DNA of 64,000 bases, taken from the human T2T-CHM13v2.0 reference genome, Homo sapiens. The position numbers and the translations under genes are program-made. Where the stretch lies: assembly GCF_009914755.1 (NCBI RefSeq), contig NC_060941.1; one strand, 5' to 3'. Within the stretch, counting starts at the first letter, position 1. The number at the start of each line of letters is the position of its first letter. This document shows positions 1 to 15,009 of this stretch, in pieces. The notes beneath the pieces were generated by a model. That model was given only the letters and a program-made list of their open reading frames with translations. It did not search any database and was not told the DNA's origin.

Positions 1-379
1 GTGATACTGAAGGAAGAGAAATATGATGATGACATAGAGGGGTTTCAAAAGGTAACTTTATGTCATCTGCCCATTAGATTGTTTAACGCTTATGCATTTC
101 TTCATATTTTTACCACATGAGTATGTATAGATGTCAATAGAAATCTCATTTCTAACCATGAAAAGTGAATTTTGAGTCCCAAATATACATTTTAGAAGTA
201 CAAACTTATGTTAAGTTTATAATGAATACAGTTGCCTTAGAAGGTAATAGAATATTTTAAATAATGTAAATGTATATGTAAATAATACCATCCTTTAAAA
301 ATATATAAATATAAAAATATATATAAAAAATACTTTAAAAATACTTTAAAAGTATTCCTACATAAAATATAGTTTTGTT

Positions 380-2150
380 TACATTTAATATTTGTGAGAG
401 TCATTCTTGTTAGTGCTGATAGTTCTCAGCCACTCATTTTTATTTTTGTGTGATATTCCATTGTAGGATTGTCGAATGCATGCACATATTAAAATTTGAA
501 TATTAACTATTGCCAAGTTGTTATCCAAAGTGATCGTAACAATGTTTATCTCAATTCACAGTGTATGAAGAGTTCTTGTTATGCCTTAATCTTGCTGATA
601 CTTGGTATAGTCAAACACTTAATTTTGTCAATATAATGGAAATGACTTGTGAATTTCTCTTGAGTTTTTCTCTTCTGTTGGAGTTGGCAGACAGGAATCA
701 CATTTCTCTTCATACCTTTTGCTCAATTTTCTATTGGGTTGACTTTTTCTTACTAAGTTTTTTAGGAATCATTTTTACTGTATATTCTTCATACTTATGT
801 TTTGGTGATTATACACATTACAATATTTCTCTAGTCTGACATATTTTTCCATTGTGATTTTTTGTACAGAAATTTAAAATCTTAATGTGTTTGAAAATTT
901 CAGCTTTTTAGTTTTTAAATTTTAAATTTAAGTTTAAATTTAAGTTTTAAAATTTTCAGTTTTTAAATAATTTATTCTATTTGCATTAAGAAATGTTTTC
1001 TTAACCAGTCCTTATAAAAATTTTGCTATATTTTCCCAGAATACACCGTTTTGCTCTTTATATTTACATTTTGGTTGTAATATGCAGTATCAAACTAATT
1101 GTATTTTTTTATCTGAATAATACAGTCCTAAGACCATTTGCTGAGTAATCCATATTTTCCCACTAACTATAATACTATTGCTGTCATATACCAAGTTTTA
1201 TAAATGTCTGGGTCATTTTCTGGGGTTTCTATTTTATTTTGTGTCATCTTATTTTTGTGTCACTTAAAACACTTTTTAAATTACTATAGATTTATAATAA
1301 TCTCAGTATCTGCCACATCAGTTTTGTATACTTTGTCCTATTTCAAAATATTCATGACTCAACATATTGTCAAAATCTCAACAAAATATTGTTGTGGGTT
1401 AAAATTTTAAATTAATTTTGAGATAATTGATATCATTATTATATTGAGGCTTCTTATATATTAACACAGTATCGCTCTATTTAATTTTTTTCTTATCTCT
1501 TTTAGCAATATAATTTTATCCATATTTAAATCATTTATAAGATCTCTTAATAGGGTTCTTATGGTTTTTTTTAAGTTTTTATTATTTCTGTGAATGAAAA
1601 TTTTTTAAATCAATACACTTTACTGTAAAAAGCACTCTTAGTTTTTGTATGTAGATCTATTATCTAAAAACCTTGCAATTATTTATAACTTGTATACAAA
1701 TTATCTTGAATTTTTATACAGAAATTTTCATCATTTAAAAATAAAGAGAGTGGTATTACTTCCTATTATTTCCATATTTCTTGTTGTATATCTTTCTTGT
1801 CTTTTCCATTAGCTAAACCTTTACTACAATAGTGAATATTAGAAGTGATGGCAGATATATTTGTCTTATTCCAGAATAAAGGGAAATACTTCAGAGTTTT
1901 GCCATTTTGTCCATATTTGCTATCATTTTCCTCCTACAGAAATCCTCTATCAGGTTAAAAACTAAAATTATTTTTTTCGTATTCCCTGTTTGTTAGGAAT
2001 TTTTACTGAATAATTTTTCTGCATCTAAATAGGTAGTATGTTTTCTTGTTTACTTTCTACTATTTAATGTGATGCTAATATGAAAATAGATCTGCTAAGA
2101 TTCAAAGATCTTTATATTTCTTGAATAAATCTTGTTTATCAGAATGTGTT
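380..2150 (-). mobile_element. Old, degraded L1 (L1M-type) fragment(s)
   Basis: Long T-rich stretch with decayed antisense L1 3'-end/ORF2-like phrases (e.g. 'gatattccattgtagg', 'gtgatggcagatatatttgtcttattccag'); boundaries approximate. Confidence 0.55.
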
Positions 2151-2367
2151 TTGTTGTTAGCACATGCAGAAACACCACACATGCATGCACACACACACAC
2201 ACACCCTGCAATAATCTCCAATTTCTTAAAATCCATGTGTAGAAGAAGAAAAATGAGAAAACAGGCTTAGTGTCATCCATAATCACATAGAACAATCACA
2301 TTGCTCGAACTGAGAATAACACAAAATTCCCTGGATCTCAAGTGTTTAAAAAATTATGGATTTATTT

Positions 2368-2793
2368 TGTTAAATTAAATTAAATTTGTCCTAAGGCTGC
2401 CTTTGTACTTTGAATCCCTACAGAGTAAACTGCAAACTAACTTAGTATGTAAAGAAACTGCAACCTTAATAAGACTATATTCTTGTAACAAATAGCTGAG
2501 TCTCAATTACAGTAGCCAAGCTTCAGCCAATCACAGGCTGCCAACTGATCAGACCATGTTCACAGAAAGCAAATGCCTCATCACACCATGTCCAATAAAT
2601 GCAAATGCCCATCTGTAGCCAATCAAGCTATTTCTGTACATCACTTCCTTTTGCTGTCTATAAATACTGTCCTGCCCATGTTGCTGGGTGGAGCTCTCTG
2701 AATCTCTTTTTGTTCTGAGGCTGCCCAGTTCATGAAACTATCCTTGCTCAAATAAACTCTGCTAAATTTAATTTGTTTTAATAGTTCTTAACA
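2368..2793 (+). mobile_element. Solo ERV1 LTR, MER57/LTR54-like
   Basis: Starts TGTTAAATTAAATTAAATTTG, ends TTAACA; repeated CCAAT boxes, TATAAATA at ~2659, AATAAA at ~2751; resembles recalled MER57/LTR54 consensus. Confidence 0.7.
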
Positions 2794-3300
2794 AGAGATT
2801 TTATTCTAACACAACACATACTGAAATAATATGGCCCAAATAGTTTACCACATGGGCAATTCACATATTTGGATTAAAGTACACACACTCAGTTTAAAAA
2901 GGGAAAGAAAGAGAAAGAAAATATTTTGAATTGTGTAGTGAATTCTTCCCATGAGGCTATTCAATAAATATATTCCCTAAAACAAACATGATGGGAAATG
3001 CTAATGTCCTAGTCTGTTTGTTATTGTCAATTTCCCCATAGTCTCATAGTCTATGCATCTTACTACATTAAATTGTGTTTAAATATATATATTTTTCATA
3101 AAACATGGCCCCAAGTCAAATGCATCATCCAGTGCCCAAAGAGGCAGAAACTTTTTTCTTCAATACTAGAGGAAAAATTGACTATGCTGGGCATATTTTA
3201 AGGTGGACTATTGAACTACATTTTTGTACCTTTCTAATGGGTATTTAAGGATAAGTTTTACAGCTGAGTTTTCAACATACGGAATGGTTTTAGAATCTTA

Positions 3301-4102
3301 TGAAATGGGAGAGTTCCCTTATCCCCCTCACAGGATGTGCGACAAGGGTGTGGCTTACTTGTTTGGTGCCTCCACTGCTCAACCCTAGGGGAGCATGCAG
3401 ACGGGCAGATGCAGAGGTCGTGGGGAGCATTTTTTGGTTCTGACCCCATGGCAGCATCTAGGGGTGAGTGTTTACAACTCCCAAAGCCTAAGTGAGCCTG
3501 TGTTACAGTGTGCTCTTTCAGCTTTGCTGTCTGCAGGCAGCTTGTGTTAATCAGCTCAATTAGACCTTCTGCCTTATTACAAGGACAGAGGGCTTTCTGT
3601 ATCCCGGGTTCTTGCCCTAGTGTACTGGAAAAATCGGATCACATGTGGGCTTGGAAGATGAGTGCAAGTTTTTATTGAGTGGTGGAGTTAGCTCTCAGCA
3701 ACATGACTGGGGAGTTAGAAGGGGGATGGAGTGGGAAGGCTGTCTTCCCCTGGAGTCAGGCAGCCCAGCAGCCAGACTCTCCTCTGATTGCCCCCCGGCC
3801 GAACTGCCCTCTGTGTCCATGTGGTTCCGCCATGGCTGGTCTGTCAGTGTCTGCTGGTGTCATCAGTGTGTTCTCCTCCTCTAGAGGTCCAGCCAACTTG
3901 TATGTGTGCCTGCTAAGGTCTCTTGGGCACAGGATGTGGGGGCATGACAGGCCAAAGTGGTCTTGGTAAATGCAACATTTGAGCCCGAAAACCCAGAGTG
4001 CCTGTTCTCACTTAGATCCATGGGCACAGGCCCCAGGGTGGAGCCCTTGCCAGGGACCCGCCCCTTCTCTACCCAGCACTTCCCTGTCCCCCTCCCATAT
4101 CA
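3301..4102 (-). mobile_element. Solo ERV1 LTR, LTR27/LTR1-group
   Basis: TG...CA termini; minus strand begins TGATATGGGAGGGGGACAGGGAAGTGCTGGGTAGAGAAGG; near-TSD ctta/ccta; GC-rich block in AT-rich background. Confidence 0.75.
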
Positions 4103-4109
4103 CCTACAC

Positions 4110-4300
4110 AGTGACTTTAGCATTAGAATCACCTGAAAGGCTTGTTAAACTACAGATTGCTGAGCCCCATCCCCACATATTCTGATTCAGAAAATCTGGT
4201 GTGGGGCCTCAGTTCCAAAGTGATTCTAGGACCTTCTAACAAGTTTCCAGATGATATGGCTGTTGCTTGCCTAAGGACCATCCTCTAGGATAACCACTGA
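4110..4300. mobile_element. MER5A (hAT-Charlie MITE)
   Basis: 'cattagaatcacctgaaaggcttgttaaactacagattgctgagcccc...ttctaacaagtttccagatgat...aaccactg' matches MER5A motifs. Confidence 0.7.
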
Positions 4301-6929
4301 CTTTAAAAAGGGGTTTACGTTTTCTTTGGATCCAGGCAAGCTCAATTTCCACTGAATGTTGACAGTGTTTGTTTCTTTGGGTGGGGAGGTAAGAAGCAAG
4401 GGGAGCAATTTAGCATGTTTTATTAACTGTCACATGATAGGTGTTTTAGAATAAACTGGGGACTGAAATTATTCTAATTCAACTATAGCCAATATTCTTT
4501 AGTGCCTACTACAAAATTTTAATAAACTTCCTAGCCATCAACTGCCAAAAGTCTTATCTTTCTTGTAGCTTATAATTAACAGTTTAAGATAATGTTATCA
4601 ACCAGGGATTGTTGACGCATTTCCTTTCTCCATGGTTAAAATACATAGAGCAAAACCATTCTTTTGACAATTTAACATTTTGGCTCAGCAATTCTTGACA
4701 TTTGTTTTGCATTCGGAGGCAATGATATAACCTCTTTGCTGTGGCATGTCAGTTTTTCTGAGTTATCCTTGCCAGAATGCATTTCCAGGTTTTGATGAAA
4801 GATTTGCTCTTGAAATCAGTTATCTTTCTTCTTGCTTATTTTTTTCAAGACAGAAATACCTCTTTATAAATAAATAAATAAACCATCAGAATTTTATCAC
4901 AATCTGAAAAGGTCATAGAGAAATCTGAAGAAAGTGTTTAAGGATTCATCATACCATTAAGGTATCTCCAGTCTAGCATCTTGCGGATTCCTTTAAGAGG
5001 AACTTTTATGGTCAAATGACGTCTGGTCCATAAACCATTTTTCTTATCCTGAAGGTTGTGGAAACACAAAAGTTTATATAAAAGAACAAAGATTTTGTTT
5101 CTTTGATAAAGTCATGGACTGCAGAATACCATCTGGCTTATATAATTGCTTGAAATCTCATTAAATGTTAAACAGATAAAGTATTTCAAATAAATTAATA
5201 AAAAGCTCCAGTTTCTAATTTAGAAAACATCAGTCTGAAATTTGTAATGATGAACTGATTAACGGAAGACAATTTTAAGCAGATTTATGTGACATCTATA
5301 GCTATAGTCTAAATATTACAAAAATGAATTCTCTCTTCTTTCCCTTAGCCTAAGTTATTTAAGTTATTTTTCTTTTCTGAACATGCATATGCTGTATCTA
5401 AAGTTCCCAGTAAGTGTTTGTGGAGTAGATGAGACAAACAGTACCACTAAAAAGCCTCTGGACATTGGTAAATATTAAGCTTGATAAGTTGTAAAGATTT
5501 CATTTTTACTTAAACCAACTTTCACCAAATAGTCCCTTCTGGGAGGCTTTCATACTCAGCCTGCTGAAAAATTTTGAACTGACAGTGGGTTTTATTTGTT
5601 TATTTTGCATCTTTTTCTACTGAAAATCTACTTATTCACTTTGGAAAGTTAACCATTCATTTGGAAAAAAAAAAACAAAACAAACAAAAAAAACAATGTG
5701 GCTGCATCTACCCAAAGCTACATACATATGCTTACTGCCTTGTCATTCAATGCAAAGTAGTTTCCATAACAACCGTTATATCAACTGAATGCAGGGAGTC
5801 CTATTTTTTTCTAGGCCATGAAAGCAACTTTCTAAAAGAGAACACGTTAATATCTTCTCCTCACTATATTACCCTATCAAACTATTTGGTGAAAAGCACC
5901 CTGTCTCTATAAATTAACATTTCTGCTGGATATCTCTTTCAGAATTCACATTTTCCCTTATTCCTTTGTTTAAGTATAGTGTGGCAACCTCTCCTTCTGC
6001 TGGGTCTGAAATCCCCCTTGTCAGAGGTCAGCTCTGGTTCAATCTCTGGTGAGGAAAGAAAAGTCACTTGGCAGTCTGGGCTCCAGACAGGGATTTTCTA
6101 AGCAATCTTTTTGTTTATAGCTCTGGTTCCAACCACATCCAAGTCTTCAGAAGTACCTAGTAACTCCAATTCTTAAATTTTTCCTAGGCTGCTCCAATGT
6201 GAGTTTCTCAGAACTACAAGCATTGCATTTTTAACAATTGTCTTCTCTTAAATCATTTGCCAGCCTTCTAAGTCCTTCCATCTTTATATATTGTCTTTTA
6301 GATTTACAAATATTATCTGATTTTACAAAGACACACTGTTCCTATTTCTCATTCTTGTTCAATTTGGGTAATTTTGGGGAGAAAGTTGTGAAAATGTCTT
6401 TTTTTTTTTTTTTTTTACAATCTTGAAACCACAAGTCCTAAATATTCAAATGAAATAAACATGGAATTTTTGCCCTCTATCTTATAAAAGTAGTAAATTT
6501 AATAATAAGTTCTCATGACATATTTAAACTATTTTGTTCACAGAAATTTGGGGTTAAAATCACAGTGATTCTGTAAATTAAACTGATTTATACTTATGCT
6601 TGTTCTCTAAGAAGGTTCTTAGTTGGATGTAGCTCCTATTCCATACCATCTTCATCTTAACTTTCAAATCTAGCATCAGAACAAACTAGATTTATTGGCT
6701 CATTAAAAAAAAAATAAGATTGAATTTGCTGTGTATGGAAAACAAGGGAACAAAGACTGAAATTTTAAAAAGTAAAGAGAAACAATGGCAACTTTCAGCA
6801 CATTATCAAAATCATATACTTTTAGGTAATAGGGAATTCCAATTTCTGAAGCTTGAACCAAAATTTAATGGCTAAGAAAGAAAAAGATAAAACTGGGTTA
6901 AATTCTGTCATTAGAATTAAATCATAGTC

Positions 6930-7219
6930 AGTGGAGAAGCTCACACCTATAATCCCAGCACTTTGGGAGGCTGAGGCAGGAGGATCACTTGAACCCAAGA
7001 GTTTGAGATCAGCCTGCGCAACATAATGAGACCCTGTCTCTACACAAAATAAAAAATTAGCCAGGCATGCTGATGCATTCCTGTAGTCTCAGCTTCTTAT
7101 GGGGCTGAGGAGGGAGGATGGCTTGAGCCTGGGAGGTTGAGGCTGCAGTGAGCCCTGTTTATGCCACTGCACTCCAGCCTGGGTGACAAAGTGAGATCAT
7201 GTCTCAAAAAAAAAAAAAG
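6930..7219 (+). mobile_element. AluJ
   Basis: Dimeric Alu with A-rich linker and poly(A); J-type 'gaggctgcagtgagc', 'ggaggatggcttgagcc'. Confidence 0.9.
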
Positions 7220-8360
7220 AGGTGGGGGAAGGTGGGGGGCAAGAAACAGATTTTGTTCGATTCTGATCTGTTAGAGCTCTAGAGAATAGTGGGCAAAACC
7301 GAATTGTGAATAGCAACAATAAAATAAGAAGACTTCCTTCTTTGTGATGTCGGTGTTTTTAATTTGTTTACAGCTAACTTTAATTTCAACATTTCAAGAT
7401 CCTGGAACTGATAAACAAAAGGTCAAGCCTAGGACACACTTCTCGAAGTCCCTACATGCTATTGTTCTATTTAACATTGCATAAAAACACACCTGAATGA
7501 GCTATAGGAATCAAGCTTTAGCTCCCTTTGCAAGATGACAATCTCTGGCCTTGAGAAGACTTATGATTTTCTCCTTATATGGCTCGAGACAAAAGCATAA
7601 CACAGGGACAGCTTGGAAACCTGAAGATGAAAGCTAACTGTGTGAATGAAGTGTTGCTGCCTTAGACAAGATAATCTGCCCATCAAAGCAAAAAAGCATA
7701 ATTCTGTATGCCTGGGATGTCTCCATATCCAAGGAAAGAAAAGGATCTGAAAGAAATTGTTGACATTCTGACTACTTAAAGTAGATGCCTTGTTAAATGA
7801 GATTTCTGCTGAGACCAGGATGCTCTGTATGTGCCTATCAGTTCAAAAATATAATGAAAGGAAAGTGCTCTGTGTTTCCTGTTGACTTTCATACCCAAAG
7901 ATCAATTTAATGGAAAATAAAAAGCTTCCATTCATGGGATACGTCTTTGTATTAAAAAGGATTAAATAAAGAAAGTTTGGAACTTTAGGAGCTATTAGCA
8001 TTATTATGTGTGTGAAGAAACAGTGAGTCCCCAATTCACTCCTCACTTTAACTGAGAGTTCCTTTCTTTCCCGTTAAATGCCAAAGTCATTAATTCATTT
8101 CGTATTGAGCATAAGTTCTGAATTTCAGTTAGCATAGAAAAAAACGATAAATCTAATAAAATCTCATAAAATGTTAGGAAGTTGGGGGGAAAGCAAAAGC
8201 AGCTATAATTTTTAGATATTCATTCAAAATATATGTTATTGAAGCTACTGTCCATTTTCACATAATATCTAATTTTTTAAATTATTCTTTTATTCTATGT
8301 GTATTCTGATGAGTCTTCACTAACTTATGGTATTATCGAGCATAACATAGGTTAAAATAC

Positions 8361-9117
8361 TGTTGACAGAAAGAGTCAAACTCTGTAAAATATGTGAAGA
8401 GATTTATTCTGAGCCAAATATGAGTGACCATGACCTGTGACACAGCCCTCAGGAGGTCCTGAGAACATGTGCCCAAGGTGGTAGGGGTACAGCTTGGTTT
8501 TATATATTTCAGGGAGACATGAGACATCAATCAAATACATTTAAGAAATACATGGTTTGGTTCAGAAAGGCGGGACAACTCAAAGCAGTGGGTTCCAGGC
8601 TATAGATAAATTTAAACATTTTCTGGTTGACAATTGGTTGAGTTTATCTGAAGGCCTGAGATCAATGGAAAGGAATGTTCAGGTTAAGATAAAAAATTGT
8701 GGAGACCAAGTTTTATTGTGCAGTGGAATCTCTCAGCAGACTTCAGAGAGAGAGACCATGTTGTAAAATGTTTCTTTTGGGACCTAAAAGGGTACCTGTC
8801 TCTTAGCTGATGATCTCCTGAATCTGGAAAGAAAGGAAGGAAAACAAAGGGGAAAGGGGATTCTCTATAGGATGTGGGTTTTTCCCACAAGAGGCTTTGC
8901 CAGGCAATTTCAAGGTATGGCAAGGAAATATATTTTGGGGTTAAATATTTTTTCCTTGTCTCATAATGGTATGTCAGAGTCAGATTAAAAAGTAAGTCAC
9001 GATATATAGGGTCAAATAAAACCCATCAGATGAGAATTCATGATTTGTAGGGCATGACTTACTAGACCCCTTAGGTAGGAATTTGGGCAAGTTAAAAAAA
9101 TCAGAGCTTAGTCCTCA
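8361..9117 (-). mobile_element. Solo MER4 (MER4D/E-like) ERV1 LTR
   Basis: Minus strand starts TGAGGACTAAGCTCTGATTTTTT and ends ...TCTGTCAACA; perfect 4-bp TSD ATAC (8357-8360, 9118-9121). Confidence 0.88.
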
Positions 9118-9159
9118 ATACCTATCTTAATTTCCTCATGCAAGCATTGCTGTATCCTT

Positions 9160-9402
9160 TCTTTTCTTTTTCTTTTTCTTTTTTTTTTTTTTGAGACAGG
9201 GTCTCATTCTCTTCCCCAGGCCAGAGTGCAGTGGTGTAATCAAGTCTCACTGCAGTCTTGACCCCCTGGGCTCAAGTGGTCCTCCCACCTTAGCCTCCCT
9301 AGTACCTAGGACCATAGCCATGCACCACCACTTATTAGCCTCTCCTGGAGAATTTTTAAATTTTTTGTAGAGATAGGGATCTCACCATGTTGCTCAAGCT
9401 GG
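9160..9402 (-). mobile_element. 5'-truncated AluJ
   Basis: Poly(T) then 'gagacagggtctcattct...gtagagatagggatctcaccatgttgctcaagctgg'. Confidence 0.85.
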
Positions 9403-9994
9403 ACATATTTTAATAAACTGCAGGTGTCAGAAGAGAGAACTAAGAAATTTTGATAATTTCATATCAGTTAAGAAGATAACATGTTTCAAGAAATACTATT
9501 TGCTCCACTATGTGTATAAGTGTCTGCTGTTAGCCACGATTCATTGGGATCTTATTGCATATCTCAGATGTCGATATCGCATATCTCACTGAGAGTACCT
9601 TTCAGTTTCCCTTATGTTGGTTAATGTATATTTCTCAACCTTTTTACCAGACCACACCTTCCCAGAAAGCAAAATCCTAATTTGTTTTTTCTTGGTGGCT
9701 ACTAATTTTCTACCGTAGTACCCAGCACCTAACATTCACTCAATTGTGTTTTTGAAATACATAAATGATTTTTATCTAAGCTCATTTATTTTTAAAGTAC
9801 TTTTCTAAAAATATGTCTTTTAAAAAAATCCAGTGCCAAAGGGAAAAAAATTTAAAGTTTCTTTGGTTACCTTGGCAGATCATCTAGATGATTTGCATCA
9901 ATGTCATCTTTTTGTTATACTCATTAACGCGGCTGTTCTTAGCATGAATTATAATGATGAAGGTGGTAATAACAACTGGAATCAAATGTTTTTT

Positions 9995-10080
9995 ACAGTA
10001 GAGAAAGCTTTCAGTCACATTATTCCATTTGATCTTCACAAAATCTATGTGTTGGCAGAGTGGTCACTGTTATTCATATT

Positions 10081-10123
<43 letters not shown>

Positions 10124-10540
10124 TTTTGAGACAGAGTCTCGCTCTTTCGCCAGGCTGGAATGCAGTGACACAACCTTGGCTCATTGCAACCTGTGACTCC
10201 CAGGTTCAAGTGATTCTCTTGCCTCAGCCTCCCGAGTAGCTGGGATTACAGGTGCATGCCACCATGCCCGGCTAATTTTTGTATTTTTAGTAGAGACAAG
10301 GTTTCACCATGTTGGCCAGGATGGTCTCGATCTCCTGACCTCGTGATCCACCAGCCTCAGCCTCCCAAAGTGCTGGGATTATAGGCCTGAGCCACTGCGC
10401 CCAGACTTTGTTATTCTTATTTTACAGTTGATTAAGTGAAGACCAGAAATGTCAAGTGACCTGTCCAAGATCACATAAATAGCAAGTGCGGATGCTGGGA
10501 GATTTATATTCTGGTCTTTCTGATTCCAAAACTCTATGCT
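9995..10540. mobile_element. MIR interrupted by an Alu
   Basis: 'ccatttgatcttcacaa...' left of the Alu and 'ttttacag...aagtgacctgtccaagatcaca' right of it, the MIR core. Confidence 0.65.
10079..10406 (-). mobile_element. AluS (Sc-like) with (TTTA)n tail
   Basis: Full dimer; 'ggatggtctcgatctcctgacctcgtgatcc'; near-perfect TSD tgttattc(a/t)tattt. Confidence 0.92.
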
Positions 10541-11109
10541 AAATGCAGATTAGTCCCCAGTTTACAAGTGCCTGAATTGTAAAGCCTTCTTCAATCTAAA
10601 AACAAACAAACAAAATAACTAACACCCACATGAGCACAGAAATCACCAGTCCACTTGACCACATGACTATAGGACACTCTTAAGCCACTGAACCTCCCAT
10701 TCCGTGTTTCTGGTACCTAATGGAGAACAGAAAGCTTGTGCTTTCACAAATTGCCTACGGCTTGCTGGAGTAAAATCCTTTAAAAATATATTCTGTTTTG
10801 TGGAAATATTTTCATTGCCTCCTTTTGGTTTGTGTTTGTTTGTTCATGCATCTTTAATGAGATGAGGAGTACTTTGCAGCCATGCTGCATAATTTTCTAA
10901 ATTATCACAGGTTAATTTATTCCTGAATCACCCAGACGTTCTGGACAAAGAAATGCCTTCAGCAAGTAATGTCAGGCACCTTCTAGAGAAGAGTACGTGG
11001 AGGGACCAAGTGGAAGCTTCTTCCCATCTTTTTTTCTCTAGGGCCTTCAACTTTTCAATTCAATCCCTTCCCTGCCTTAGTTTGTAGAAGCTTCTTTCGA
11101 AGTCTTCTC

Positions 11110-11735
11110 TCCATGCTCAACTCTTGTTTCACCCATTACAGTCTATTTAGCACAGAGCAACCAAGGTGATTCTTTTAAAGCAAATCTAAATACATAAACC
11201 ACTTGTCCAAAATCCTTCCAGAGCTTCCAATTCCAGTTACAATAAAGTCCAAAGACTTGACCTTGACCTCCGGCGCCCCACGTAATCTGCCCTCTGACTG
11301 CTTCTCCAGTACCGCTCTCACTCCCACACTGTGCCCACTCAGCAACAGCCACACTGGCCTGCTGGCTCCTTCTTCACTTGCCAAATATTCTCTCACCTCA
11401 AAGCATTGGCTTCTTTCTGCCTCAAACAATTTTCCCTTAGCTATTTCCACAGCCGTTTCCCTCACATTATTCAAGTCTCATATTATCTCATCAAGGAGGC
11501 CTTCCCCCAAATTTTCTATATCCTTACATTATTTATATATTTTTTCATAGTACCAATTGCTACCTAACATTGCATTGCATATTTATTTACCTATTTAGAA
11601 AATATTCTGCCCTAGAATATAAACTTGAAGTCAGGAAATTTGTGTATTAGCGACTGCTCTATTCTCAATATCTAGAATAATGACTTCATATAGTAAGAAC
11701 TCAATAAATATATGTCAAACACATGAAATGAATCA
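11110..11735 (+). mobile_element. L2 3' end
   Basis: 'aaaatccttccagagcttcc...ataaagtccaaa...cctagaatataaact...ctcaataaatatatg..atgaat' typical L2 terminus. Confidence 0.75.
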
Positions 11736-13790
11736 GCAAATAATATCTCAGTTTTGGGGGCTATCATTTTGCATTTCTCTCAAGATATTCTAATGGGAGG
11801 GTATATAGGGTAAATGAGGATGCAACAAGCCAGTTGGTATCTAAGCCTAAAATTTTTCGTAACATCAAATTCAATTTCAGAATTACTTAAACTACAACTA
11901 AATAACTGTACACTTGGAGCTAACCAAGTTTTTTAGTTGATGGCATTCTTATATAGAGCAAACTTTTGTTGAGTATTATCTATGTACCAGGCACATCATA
12001 TAGAAGGTACCTTGGACCCATACTGGGAAAGCAAATATGGAAAATGTACAATTGGTTTTCTCAAGGGACTCATAGTTTAGTATCAGTAGTAGTTTATTTT
12101 AGTAGTAGTTTACTTTGTGGTGATACTTTTATTTGAGAAATAAAGAAAGGAAGGAAAGGAGAGAGGAAGGGACCAGCCTATGTTATTCTGTAAGAAGGAT
12201 TTATAGATAGGGTAGGAAAAGAGTTCAAATTAGGAAAGAAATTGAAAATGTATGACATCAGCTTTTAGAAAGGTCTTGTCACATACTATCTAGACAATAT
12301 TTTGTTTTTGTGTGGCATGAGAATAATTTTTATTAGATACGTTATAATATTTTATAAATGAATATTTGCCAATTATAGGAAACTTGTCTACCCATATCCT
12401 CTTCAAGTAAAATTTCATGTTCCCTGAAATGACCCTAATAACTTCTAGAATAAGTTGTGATATACAAGAACACGTAGCTACTATTTCTAATGGTGATCAC
12501 TCATCAGTTTCTTACCCACTGATAAAGGAACAGGAAATGTGATCATTTCATGTCTCAGTCATAAAGGTGCTTATATTGTTTTAATTACTTGTTAACATTT
12601 TTTATCAAGATTTCAATTTTTAATAGAAACAATTTTTCTGGTTTACTTTTTGTTTTTTATTTTCAGTTTCTAAGATACCATTTAGCATACAGTGCACATA
12701 TTACTCATTCTAAAGCATGTAAGTATCTCACCTCCCTAGCCTCACCCTTCTGAATGTATGTTTTGAAAATAGATCAACTTTAGCATTTCTTACCATGAAA
12801 AACATCATAAATGGATAAAATTATAAAGTAACTTTAGCCTAAATTCTGTTGTTTTCCATTCTTTAATATGACTTACAAAACCTGACCAGGTCTATCGTCT
12901 ATTTTATTATCCTAGACCAGTAGAATTGAGCATCAACCCTCTTTAGGACTTGGCAGTCTAGATGACTGATGAAAAAACCAAATGTGAGTTCCTTTTGTGG
13001 TTAATGATATTGCTATATTTCTATACCATCTGTTGCCTCTTCTCCTGGAAAAAAAGAACCCATCTCTTCTTAATCTTCACGGAGATCATTCTTAAAATTT
13101 GTTGGATGGTCTATATTACTAAACTTCACTTCTATGTCCTTATATTCCCAGAGCCAATCATTTCTATGGAATTAGAGCCCCTAAGACTTAGGAAATTCAT
13201 TTACTATCTCGCTTAAGATGAAAAGTAAATCCTGTAAGTTCGTTTTTGTTTGTTATTTGGTTCTGGATTTTTAGCTTCGTATTCTGTATCTTTTTAATGC
13301 AATAAGCTAATCCGCTGTGTGAAACTGGTTCCTATTTGGCTATATACTGAAATAAAATAAAAATTTTATTACTTTGAAGTAAATCTCTCCTGGAAGGCTT
13401 TTCAGAATTGTTCACTAATTAATAAATGTTAGTTTCTGAAATTGCAGTGAGTACCCAAATACATATTAACACTCTTATTTTCATCATAATGGTCTTTTGA
13501 AATAGGCATGCATGATATTCTGTAAGCAGGGCTGAGCATATTAAGTTATTTTAGGAGAGGTAGGAATTGATTTATTAAGCAAATATTTATTAAACCTAAA
13601 TTCTACAGTAATTCACATGACATTAAGCATGAAGTAATAGTTGATGGAGAATGCTAGTATGGCTGCCAAGAGAAAAGCATACATAGAGTTTTCAGCAATG
13701 TACAGCCATTCCAGAAGGATACAAGCAAAACAGAAAAACAGTATGAACACACCACATTATAGAAAACCAAAATCTTTTACACGAATTAAC

Positions 13791-14640
<850 letters not shown>

Positions 14641-15009
14641 TTAATTGATATACATCCAATATTTACAGTTTTAATAAACACCACTAGAAAATAGCCCTTA
14701 ACTGCCCTAATTGTTGATAGGGGATTTAGAAATCACAATTAATTGTTCTTGGAAACTCCGTGGAAGCTTGCTATCAATTCATGGAAGAAGAAAATCAGAG
14801 TATCATGCCCCATTGTGGAGCCTGAATTTATACTATTTGCTTGGTCTGAAAGTCTTATGTAAGAGTGTTTGTATTTTTGAAAGGAGATAATAGAGAGAAT
14901 AGGCAAGATATCATAAATCATAAGACAGTAGCTAAAAATTTTCCAGAATTCAAGGAAAACGAGAAATTAAAAATGAAGGAAGCATGTTGAATCGCAGCTT
15001 CATTTGATG